This document shows positions 9,420-16,717 of a stretch of 30,429 bases of DNA, piece by piece. The stretch is taken from positions 1-30,429 of IMG/VR virus record IMGVR_UViG_3300037044_000229. One strand, given 5' to 3'. Each line of letters opens with the position of its first letter. Positions within the stretch are counted from its first letter, which is position 1. Below the pieces are notes generated by a model. It was not told the DNA's origin and searched no databases. It saw only the letters and a program-made list of their open reading frames with translations. The DNA is from a virus (Duplodnaviria; Caudoviricetes). The position numbers and the translations under genes are program-made.

Positions 9420-9645
9420 TGACCTTGATCTCCATCGAACATGGCCAGAGCGCCACAGAATCAGGGCCAGGGAAAACCTCCACCACAACCGACCGGCATG
9501 GTAGAGCATGTGCGCTTTTAATATTTTGAATAGCGCAGTGTGACCTATGGCCTATGCCCTGCATTATTAATAATGCAGCACTGGCCACCCTCTTATGTAT
9601 TATTAATGTAATGTTTACAATGGCTTGCATTATAATATACCCCAA

Positions 9646-9673
9646 AGTTTACATAACATAGGTTATCGGACAT
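9646..9673 (-). other. XerCD dif-like recombination site ATGTCCGATAA-CCTATG-TTATGTAAACT
   Basis: 11-6-11 architecture with ATAA-N6-TTAT core; right arm 9/11 identical to the E. coli XerD arm TTATGTTAAAT. Confidence 0.75.
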
Positions 9674-10253
9674 TTTTATCTATCTGCTTGTTTTCATTGG
9701 ATATTGGCGTAATCGTGACTGCACTTCCGGCTTGACCGGACGGATCGAATGCCAAAATTGCTGTAATCGTGATGGGGACTTGAGGCGGTGTATCGGCCTT
9801 TTGTTCTCCGAATTGGAGCGGTATCATCTTGCCAAGTCTCCATCTAAGGGAATCCAGGAGCACCTTGGCCGTAGGCGGGTCCGTCCGCCGATTATCAAGA
9901 TCATCCTCAACCTGGGCAATCTTTTCCAAGGCCATCCATGCTTGAGAAACCCGCGCGTGAATGTGGAGCTGTCTCGCTTCTTCGTGTCTCGTCACCATGC
10001 CCCAAAATGAGCCTTCCGAAATTCCCTCTTGTTGACATGCTTTCCTGACAAGCATCCCGGCCGCAATCCTTGAACAGATTTTTTCCACGTCAGTCATGGA
10101 CAATTCGACATTGCCATCTTTATTGGCAACGATAATAGCGGTTGCTATTTCTTTGTCTTTATTTGTTGTTGATTGGCTGGGTTTGTCGGTCTTCACTGAC
10201 TTGATTGGCTCGATTTTACTGGTATCTGTGGATGTCGTTTTCGTTTTGTCCAT
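9663..10253 (-). CDS. terS: Terminase small subunit (Sf6-like)
   Basis: KICSRIAAG..VRKAC HTH and AKVLLDSLRWRLGKM.P..FGE motif; upstream of terL; start uncertain (10253 or 10292). Confidence 0.8.
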   Translation of the reverse strand: MDKTKTTSTDTSKIEPIKSVKTDKPSQSTTNKDKEIATAIIVANKDGNVELSMTDVEKICSRIAAGMLVRKACQQEGISEGSFWGMVTRHEEARQLHIHARVSQAWMALEKIAQVEDDLDNRRTDPPTAKVLLDSLRWRLGKMIPLQFGEQKADTPPQVPITITAILAFDPSGQAGSAVTITPISNENKQIDKNVR

Positions 10254-10399
10254 AGTGACAACAGTGTATCGCGTGGCGCGAATCGTTGCCAAGCGGATTA
10301 TGTGTAATTATGCTTAATTAATGTCATGGTGTTTTAATAATGATTATTATAATTTATGTCGTTTCTTACGTTATGCTGCTTTTATTTGCTTCTATTTTC

Positions 10400-10428
10400 T
10401 TGACAATCGGAAGCTTGTCGGCGATACT
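10400..10428 (+). promoter_or_regulatory. Near-consensus sigma70 promoter TTGACA-N17-GATACT for the plus-strand cassette
   Basis: TTGACA 10400-10405, GATACT 10423-10428, AT-rich upstream region. Confidence 0.8.
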
Positions 10429-10434
10429 GACACT

Positions 10435-10756
10435 GACACCAAGAAAATGCTCTTTCAAAACACAGCGGAAACCGAGTCAGAGGGACCGATAAAATCACCT
10501 TCGGGATAGCCGCAAACGCGAGAAACAACGCGGGAAATCTTGTTAGACGCCGGGTAATACCTTGCGCCAAGGGTAGTTAGGATAAACCTCCCAGTGAAAG
10601 ACTGGGCTTAGTTAGGATTCTCCATTGGTTGGTGCCTGCGATAGTGACTGACAGGCCATACTGAGCTATTCCGGCCCATTGAACGATGGGTTTTCACCAG
10701 CATGACAAGGGACGGGAATGTCCGGAGTCTGCCGATAGGCAGATTGCGAAGATTTT
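10435..10756 (+). ncRNA. Candidate large structured leader RNA/ncRNA of unrecognised family
   Basis: No convincing ORF; several small-loop hairpins (cUUCGg, GGAA, GAUA, GAAAG) and nested long-range helices. Confidence 0.5.
10448..10460 (+). promoter_or_regulatory. boxA-like antitermination element TGCTCTTTCAAAA
   Basis: Close match to rrn boxA TGCTCTTTAACA, about 13 nt after the predicted transcription start. Confidence 0.65.
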
Positions 10757-10791
10757 TGACCCTCAACCAACCAACGGAAAGGAAAACGCAC

Positions 10792-10980
10792 ATGGGACTG
10801 ATGAAAAACTCGTGGAAATTCCTCAGTGAGGACATTGATTTAGCGGAGTTTGTAGCCGGGCTAACCGAGGAACAACGGGCCGAAATCGAAGCAGACTGGG
10901 CCGATATTCAGGCAGAACGCGAAGAATTGGAAGAGCTGGCCAGGGAATTAGACGGTTTGGATTTAGGAGAAGAGGAATAA
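10792..10980 (+). CDS. Small highly acidic protein (62 aa), first gene of the cassette
   Basis: GAAAGGA SD before ATG 10792; 21 D/E versus 5 K/R. Confidence 0.75.
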   Translation: MGLMKNSWKFLSEDIDLAEFVAGLTEEQRAEIEADWADIQAEREELEELARELDGLDLGEEE

Positions 10981-10984
10981 CACC

Positions 10985-11347
10985 ATGGAAACGACAATCA
11001 GGGAATTGGCCGAATTTGCCACACCGCAAGAGGCGACTTCTTGGTTTTACGGGGCTACCATTGATGATTGTCGAGCAATCAACCTTGGCCAAGGTAAAGG
11101 CAGTCCAAATTCTGCCATGCCGGTAATATTAGCGGAAATTGTATTCGGTATTCACAGCATAAAACCCGGAACAATTGATTTTGCTCTGCCAAACTATTGG
11201 TGGGGACCGATACTTGAGCAATCCAATGGTGTGCTCGGGGATAATCCTTTAAGACATTTTGTCTGGACATACGATTGCGAAGAATCCGAGGGGAAGCCGT
11301 ATCCGTTGACGCTGGAAGCGGCGGAATTGCTTTGTAGCCTACAATAG
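10985..11347 (+). CDS. Hypothetical protein
   Basis: GAGGA SD; tightly packed after the previous gene. Confidence 0.7.
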   Translation: METTIRELAEFATPQEATSWFYGATIDDCRAINLGQGKGSPNSAMPVILAEIVFGIHSIKPGTIDFALPNYWWGPILEQSNGVLGDNPLRHFVWTYDCEESEGKPYPLTLEAAELLCSLQ

Positions 11348-11461
11348 GTAGAATCTTAGCTTTGATTATTTCCCGGGCCGATCTTCTCTATGGCCCGGGA
11401 AAACATGAGAGCTAACACTACCAGGTAAAAGGTCCGGACTGCTACTAACAGCCGGACCTTT
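11347..11461 (+). other. Two intergenic RNA hairpins (long interrupted stem 11347-11422; stem 11428-11461)
   Basis: GGTAG/CTACC, TTAGCTTT/AGAGCTAA, TTTCCCGGGCC/GGCCCGGGAAA; AAAGGTCCGG/CCGGACCTTT. Confidence 0.65.
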
Positions 11462-11515
11462 AGCGTTTTGTCCTAACCCCCAACCAACCACGATTAGAAG
11501 AGAAAGGAAAAACAC

Positions 11516-12856
11516 ATGGCCGAAAATACCAGTCCTGCATCCTGGAATCAATGCAAAGTTTTAAAAAGTATTACCCATATTGAGATTGAACCCTGGCAGG
11601 AAACCGGAATCAACGTGTCCCAGGCAGGGGAGATAATCGCCTTGGGATTTAGATACTTCGGAATCAAGCAACAGAAGGACATACAGGTAAAACCCCTGTT
11701 CGAAGACGCGGTAAGAGTCTTCTTCCCGGATTTTGAAGCCCCGGCCAGAACGATATGGCTTGGCGGCGGAAGAAAAAAGAGCAATGGCGGCAATGGCCAG
11801 GAAAAGAAGGAAGAGCAGGAAAAACCCCGGTCCGATCAGGGCCAGGGGGACAAAGACCGGGAAGAACAGCAAACTCCCCCACCCCGTCAAGAGCAAAAAC
11901 AAGAATCCGGGACTGGCCAAGAAGAGCATGACAGCGGTCGGGAAGAAGAAGAGCGGGAAGAAAAGGCCAAGAGGGACCGGGAAAAATTTGAACAGAAAAT
12001 GCGGGAAGATGATGAAAAAGAGCAGGAACGGCGGCGGGAAGAGCAGGCCAGGCAGGATGAAAAAAACCGCCGGGAAGAAGAAGAGCACCAGGAAAAACAG
12101 GATGACTATGTTCCGCCTGAGATTTACCAAGAGTTTCTTGGTTTGGTCAAGATGGGGACGAATGTTCTTTTGACTGGCCCGGCGGGTTGTGGCAAGAGCT
12201 ACATGACCGAAAGGGCGGCGGCGGATCTTGGTTTGGACTACACATGTATCTCTCTGGGCGGCGGCATGAGATATGCCCAGGTTATTGGAAGCAAAGAGAT
12301 TGTGGACGGCAATACCTCTTGGCTCCCTGGCCCACTGATTCAGGCCATACAGCGCCCAGGATTGATTCTGCTTGACGAAATCTTTGGTTGCGACCCTGAC
12401 GTCCTGTTGGGGTTGAACTCTGTTACGGAGCCTTCCAGTCGTCGCATAGTGACTCCAGGCGGAACTTTCCGGGTTGATCCTGGTGTTAGATTTGTGGCGG
12501 CGGCCAATACCACTGGCCGAACTGTTTCCAGGCAATACACCGGGGCGCAAAGGTCAGATGACAGCGTTCTCAGTCGATTCGGCATGACTTTGGTGATGGA
12601 CTATGACCGGAAAGTCGAATTGTCCATACTCCGCAAGATGGGGCTTAATGGCAGTGGGGACAACTTGGTTGATTTAGTGGAAAAACTTCGGGACCGAGTT
12701 AAGATAAACAATATTCCCTTCGATCCTTGCACTCGAAGACTGATTGCGGCCGGCAGAGCGATTGCCGAGGCTGATTTCGCAGTTGGCCGTGCTTTTGAAA
12801 TCGCCTTCCTGAATGTTCTCTCCCCTGCTGAAAGATCGAAAGTGGGGATGCAATGA
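11516..12856 (+). CDS. MoxR/CbbQ/CobS-type AAA+ ATPase with long charged N-terminal linker
   Basis: GPAGCGKS Walker A, LILLDEI Walker B, AAANT sensor 1, VLSRF arginine finger. Confidence 0.88.
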   Translation: MAENTSPASWNQCKVLKSITHIEIEPWQETGINVSQAGEIIALGFRYFGIKQQKDIQVKPLFEDAVRVFFPDFEAPARTIWLGGGRKKSNGGNGQEKKEEQEKPRSDQGQGDKDREEQQTPPPRQEQKQESGTGQEEHDSGREEEEREEKAKRDREKFEQKMREDDEKEQERRREEQARQDEKNRREEEEHQEKQDDYVPPEIYQEFLGLVKMGTNVLLTGPAGCGKSYMTERAAADLGLDYTCISLGGGMRYAQVIGSKEIVDGNTSWLPGPLIQAIQRPGLILLDEIFGCDPDVLLGLNSVTEPSSRRIVTPGGTFRVDPGVRFVAAANTTGRTVSRQYTGAQRSDDSVLSRFGMTLVMDYDRKVELSILRKMGLNGSGDNLVDLVEKLRDRVKINNIPFDPCTRRLIAAGRAIAEADFAVGRAFEIAFLNVLSPAERSKVGMQ

Positions 12857-13611
12857 TAACAGCGCAAGAATACGTCAAGGATAAGCCGATTATCGCCTTC
12901 CTACATGCCTTAGACGTTTTGGATTATTGTTTGAAAGATAATCCCGATAATCCATCTGCCTACAAACATCCCAATGAACCGCAAGACAATGGTCGCCGAA
13001 TCAGGATGAAGAAATTGTTGGAGCAAGAGCGGGAAATCAAAGACGTTGAATTTGGGGACTTGCAAGACAAGATCATGGCACCAAAACCGAAAACGACAAT
13101 CGTCGATTCGGAAACAGGGGAAATAGACGTAGACCGGTATTTGGCAGGGGAGCGACTGTGTTTTGATGAACCGATCAAAATACCCCAAGATGTTTCAAGT
13201 ATGTCCTTGGTGCTCGATATGGCCATATCGTGGCATGAGCGAGAGCTAACAGACATGATTGCCAGGCATCGTGAGACTTACAGACTTGCGCTCCATGCCG
13301 AAAACAACAGGATACCATGCCGGGTAATAGCTGCGGTCGGCCTTAAGATCGCAGAACGACAAGTGCCGATCAGGTTATATTTGGTCATAAAAGATTATGA
13401 TGACCCTATTTTCCCTGGAATATGGGGGGCTTTTGAGACAAACGCGACAACCAATGATTTTCTGAACGTTATTTTAGATTACTTGGTCGGGACCAGGACA
13501 AAAGCCAATGGCCGTATTGTCAATATGACCGTAGACCAGGAAATTGACGACGATACCATCATAATCCTACATGGGGGCGGATGTGTCATAACAAATAAGG
13601 GACCGCAATAG
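12853..13611 (+). CDS. Putative VWA-like partner of the AAA ATPase
   Basis: ATGA-coupled to the ATPase; GEIDVDRYLAGE motif then hydrophobic strand LVLDMAIS (degenerate MIDAS). Confidence 0.55.
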   Translation: MITAQEYVKDKPIIAFLHALDVLDYCLKDNPDNPSAYKHPNEPQDNGRRIRMKKLLEQEREIKDVEFGDLQDKIMAPKPKTTIVDSETGEIDVDRYLAGERLCFDEPIKIPQDVSSMSLVLDMAISWHERELTDMIARHRETYRLALHAENNRIPCRVIAAVGLKIAERQVPIRLYLVIKDYDDPIFPGIWGAFETNATTNDFLNVILDYLVGTRTKANGRIVNMTVDQEIDDDTIIILHGGGCVITNKGPQ

Positions 13612-13628
13612 CGGTTCCTTCACAGGAG

Positions 13629-13658
13629 AGGCCAGGGAGATAACCCCTGGCCTTTTTT
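13629..13658 (+). terminator. Intrinsic terminator
   Basis: AGGCCAGGG/CCCTGGCCT stem ending in a T6 run. Confidence 0.75.
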
Positions 13659-13709
13659 GTGAGGGATTTTCCCCAACCAACCATGAAAAAAACCCGGAGG
13701 AAAAGGAAC

Positions 13710-13886
13710 ATGCCAAGTAATTGGGAAAGACTGGAAGGCGGTTGTGTAGCAGCGGTTTACCAGGGACGGAGATTCGTGGACCGGACCCCAGGCGCAGTCC
13801 TGGAAAGAATTCGAAACACTATTCAGGAAACTGTCAGGCTGGAACAAGCACGGCGCCGGGACCGGCGGGCAAAGAGAGGTTTCTGA
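13710..13886 (+). CDS. Small protein with C-terminal Arg-rich motif (EQARRRDRRAKRGF)
   Basis: GGAGG/AAGGA SD before ATG 13710; stop overlaps next start. Confidence 0.65.
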   Translation: MPSNWERLEGGCVAAVYQGRRFVDRTPGAVLERIRNTIQETVRLEQARRRDRRAKRGF

Positions 13887-14083
13887 TGGACAGTCTATTC
13901 TCTGACGAGGGGCGGTTTATCTTGGCGGTATTCTGTATGGACTGGCACGGCGGCCAATGGAGCCGTGGTTATCGGATTCTATGCAGACTGAAGCCGCGGA
14001 ACTTTTCGTCTGAATTGTGCCAGGAACTACGACAGACCAAACTTTATAAATATCTGGTCAAGAATTATGGGGGGACCGTATGA
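13886..14083 (+). CDS. Hypothetical protein (DWHGGQWS motif)
   Basis: GAGG SD; TGATG overlap with the upstream gene. Confidence 0.7.
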   Translation: MDSLFSDEGRFILAVFCMDWHGGQWSRGYRILCRLKPRNFSSELCQELRQTKLYKYLVKNYGGTV

Positions 14084-14406
14084 AAACTCAACAAGAACAA
14101 GTCAAGTCGGCAACCAGGGCATACATCATGCCGATAAACCGAACGAAAACCCGCTTCCAGGTTTATCTTTGTGACGGGATACATGCGTTGACAAATCTCT
14201 GGCCGAGTGACTCCCGCAGAACGAAACAGAGTAAAGAACTCTTGGCCTGTCAGATTTACAGCACCCACAAGGATTATCCGGCGTTTCATTTCTATTTCAG
14301 GGGAACCGGATACAGCAGAACGCGAGAAATACGGGAAGCCCTGTTGGAAATCAACTCAAACTTGGTGATTTACGAACTTCACCCCGGTCATAACCCTTCC
14401 TTGTAG
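14080..14406 (+). CDS. Hypothetical protein
   Basis: ATGA overlap; GGGGGA SD. Confidence 0.7.
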   Translation: MKTQQEQVKSATRAYIMPINRTKTRFQVYLCDGIHALTNLWPSDSRRTKQSKELLACQIYSTHKDYPAFHFYFRGTGYSRTREIREALLEINSNLVIYELHPGHNPSL

Positions 14407-14582
14407 CCCGCCAACCGGCGGCCGGGTCTTTGGCGAGGCCCGGCCCCTCCCCTCCCCTGGACTGAAAACGGGGAGATGAAGCAGCCCTGCGGACTGAATA
14501 CTAAAAGGCGAAATTTTACTATGGTTATAACACCGAGATTAACTCCGAGTTTTCACCATACCCACACTGAAAGGCGGAAAAA

Positions 14583-14996
14583 ATGAAGATTTATGATAAC
14601 GACGGCGAAATTGTGGCCAAGGTGTATGAGGCCATGGCCAATGAACCCACACAGAATCTTGTCCAGGCTGTTGTCAAACGCGACTGGAAGGCCCTGGTAG
14701 GCCAACTGGATACTGAGGCTCTCATTGCCCTACACATTGAGGCTATTAGCAGACTGGGCAGCCTGTGCGACGCCAATAATAACAAACATTTGGCATGTCC
14801 GAATTGTGGCAATACGGGCAAAGAAACCGCACTGTATATCCGTGGAGAACTATTGCTCGAATACACTGACGGCGAGTTTACTTCTGCCCAAGACGCGGAA
14901 GACGACCTAAACTTTTATGCCGAAAACACCTGTTATTGTCCGGTTTGTGACTTTAGCGGGACCGTCTATGAATTTTTACCGAAGAAAGAGGAATAA
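14583..14996 (+). CDS. Hypothetical protein with C-terminal CxxC...CxxC zinc ribbon
   Basis: CPNC and CPVC pairs; AAGG SD. Confidence 0.75.
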   Translation: MKIYDNDGEIVAKVYEAMANEPTQNLVQAVVKRDWKALVGQLDTEALIALHIEAISRLGSLCDANNNKHLACPNCGNTGKETALYIRGELLLEYTDGEFTSAQDAEDDLNFYAENTCYCPVCDFSGTVYEFLPKKEE

Positions 14997-14998
14997 TC

Positions 14999-15412
14999 AT
15001 GAGAACTTATAAGGATTTATTGGAACAAGCAATTGAATATCTTCAGGAAACACACCAAGACGAAATCCTGAATGAACATTACGGCGATGACCGGGCAACC
15101 TGTACCTACTGCCAACTGATAGACGATGCCAAGAAAGCTCTGGCCGTGGAACCCGATCCGCCAACGGTCATAATCGACATGGACGGTGGTCTGATCCAGT
15201 GGATTGGGGCCGACATGCCCATGAACATTATCGTTGTAGACATGGATATAGACGGTGTGGACGAAAACGAAGTAGAGATTCCCTTTTACGACACACCCGG
15301 CCACTTTGCTGGCGCTGTCTACCAATGGAACGATCACGAATGTATCCCTGACGAGTACAAGGCGCATGTGCTTCAAACCATAGCCGACAGCGAGAAAGAA
15401 GGTGAATCATGA
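14999..15412 (+). CDS. Two-domain acidic hypothetical protein
   Basis: GAGGA SD; halves resemble the next two genes. Confidence 0.75.
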   Translation: MRTYKDLLEQAIEYLQETHQDEILNEHYGDDRATCTYCQLIDDAKKALAVEPDPPTVIIDMDGGLIQWIGADMPMNIIVVDMDIDGVDENEVEIPFYDTPGHFAGAVYQWNDHECIPDEYKAHVLQTIADSEKEGES

Positions 15413-15579
15413 TTATCAACGAAGAAGAACGCTCTATATTGCGAAACGCATTAGAACACTTAAAAGAATTAGACGAAGAAAACCATAACTGGGACCATTC
15501 CGACGATGATGTCTGTCTCGTTTGTGGTGCCATAAAAGAAATGGACGAACTTTTGGACGCTTCGAGGGGTGAGTCATGA
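15409..15579 (+). CDS. Small acidic H...CxxC protein (MIINEEERSIL..., 56 aa)
   Basis: Read by hand; ATGA overlaps at both ends; AAGGTG SD. Confidence 0.7.
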   Translation: MIINEEERSILRNALEHLKELDEENHNWDHSDDDVCLVCGAIKEMDELLDASRGES

Positions 15580-15947
15580 CAAAAACGGAACTTGAGAAGG
15601 TCATAAACAGCGATCATTTTGACCGACTGAAAGTTGGACTTCTGTCTCCTGACCAAATACGAGTTTTACTTGACCAGATTGCCAAACACCCGGATTGCCC
15701 TACTGTGAAGATGTTGGTGTCACTGTGCAATGGTCAGGTTGAAGGAGTTGGAACTACCTTCCCGGTGGAAGTAGGTGTTGTGGACTATGATATAGACCCC
15801 AAGTGCGATAAGCCTGAAGACTTTGATCTACCAGTTTACGATGACGACAATGGCCATTGGATCGGCATTATCCGCGATTACGGTATGCACCCGGACCACA
15901 ACGACGAAGACGCCCAAAAATACTGGGACATGATTGACGGCAAATAA
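15576..15947 (+). CDS. Acidic hypothetical protein
   Basis: ATGA overlap; VVDYDID motif shared with 14999..15412. Confidence 0.75.
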   Translation: MTKTELEKVINSDHFDRLKVGLLSPDQIRVLLDQIAKHPDCPTVKMLVSLCNGQVEGVGTTFPVEVGVVDYDIDPKCDKPEDFDLPVYDDDNGHWIGIIRDYGMHPDHNDEDAQKYWDMIDGK

Positions 15948-15954
15948 CACTAAC

Positions 15955-15981
15955 GGGCCGGTTCCCGGCGGGGACCGGCCC
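15955..15981 (+). other. GC-rich intergenic hairpin
   Basis: GGGCCGGTTCCC/GGGGACCGGCCC; no U-tail. Confidence 0.5.
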
Positions 15982-15994
15982 AACAGGATGGTTT

Positions 15995-16204
15995 ATGCCC
16001 ATGCTTTACGACCCCCGCGATTTACTCCCAGGCCACGAACAATTTGAAAGATATTGGAGCCCGGTGGCCGGGAAAAATATGTGGCAATACGACTATCGTG
16101 ACCCGAAGGGGCATCTTTATAGTTGTGTGGCTTTCAGCCTGGAGATATGCCTGGCCCGGCGGAAAAAATGGCAGGAACTTCTGAAGCAGAATGGGACACC
16201 TTGA
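15995..16204 (+). CDS. DUF3873-like protein
   Basis: QYDYR..G.LYSCVA..LE.C..RR..W pattern recalled for DUF3873. Confidence 0.65.
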   Translation: MPMLYDPRDLLPGHEQFERYWSPVAGKNMWQYDYRDPKGHLYSCVAFSLEICLARRKKWQELLKQNGTP

Positions 16205-16260
16205 CCCCCACTGCTTTACAATGCTATACAACTGAAAGCACTATTCCCGAAGGAGGGGCT

Positions 16261-16446
16261 ATGGCAAAAAAAGATTTTATTAGTATTTCCATGAGGTTCG
16301 ACAAGGAAACGTATGTCAGGTTAAAAAAGATCGCTTTTCTTGAAGACCGGGCGGTGTCAAACCTCATGCACAAGTGGGCCTTGGAGAAGATTGAAGAGTA
16401 TTGTGACCAGATGAAAGAGGGCTGTCCGCCGACTCCAGGCAAATAG
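16261..16446 (+). CDS. Ribbon-helix-helix (Arc/CopG-like) regulator
   Basis: ISISMRFD beta-ribbon, RLKKIA..EDRAVSNL helices; AGGAGG SD before ATG 16261. Confidence 0.8.
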   Translation: MAKKDFISISMRFDKETYVRLKKIAFLEDRAVSNLMHKWALEKIEEYCDQMKEGCPPTPGK

Positions 16447-16474
16447 CGGCTGCATTAATATTAATACTATACTC

Positions 16475-16500
16475 AAAGGCGGGTTCGTCCCGCCTTTTTT
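16475..16500 (+). terminator. Intrinsic terminator
   Basis: GGCGGG/CCCGCC stem followed by a T run. Confidence 0.7.
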
Positions 16501-16513
16501 TATTGGAGGAACC

Positions 16514-16717
16514 ATGTTTACAGACGTGGAAATCAACGCCTTTAGGGCCTGTATTGATGTGGCGGTAATTGTCTTGGACCGTGAGGCCGAGAATCCGGGG
16601 ATTAGACAGCAGTGCCGAGTTCACTTGAAAAACCTATCCCAACGGCTCACCGAAACCTTGGAGTCCGTTGCAGTCTACCAGAAAAAACAGGAAAGGCCAG
16701 TGAACAATGGAGCGTAA
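16514..16717 (+). CDS. Hypothetical protein
   Basis: GGAGGA SD. Confidence 0.7.
   Translation: MFTDVEINAFRACIDVAVIVLDREAENPGIRQQCRVHLKNLSQRLTETLESVAVYQKKQERPVNNGA

Noticed and set aside
9331-9645. 104-aa ORF between terS and terL
   Set aside because: Runs through homopolymer tracts and AT palindromes with no SD; more likely cis-acting DNA
10290-10318. Second dif-like sequence CAAGCGGATTA-N7-TTATGCTTAAT upstream of terS
   Set aside because: Seven-nt spacer, broken ATAA core and AT-rich context make a chance match likely
10575-10620. c-di-GMP-I riboswitch or hammerhead ribozyme within the leader
   Set aside because: Only a GAAA-containing hairpin matches; the GCAAA/GACGCAAA and CUGAUGA cores are absent
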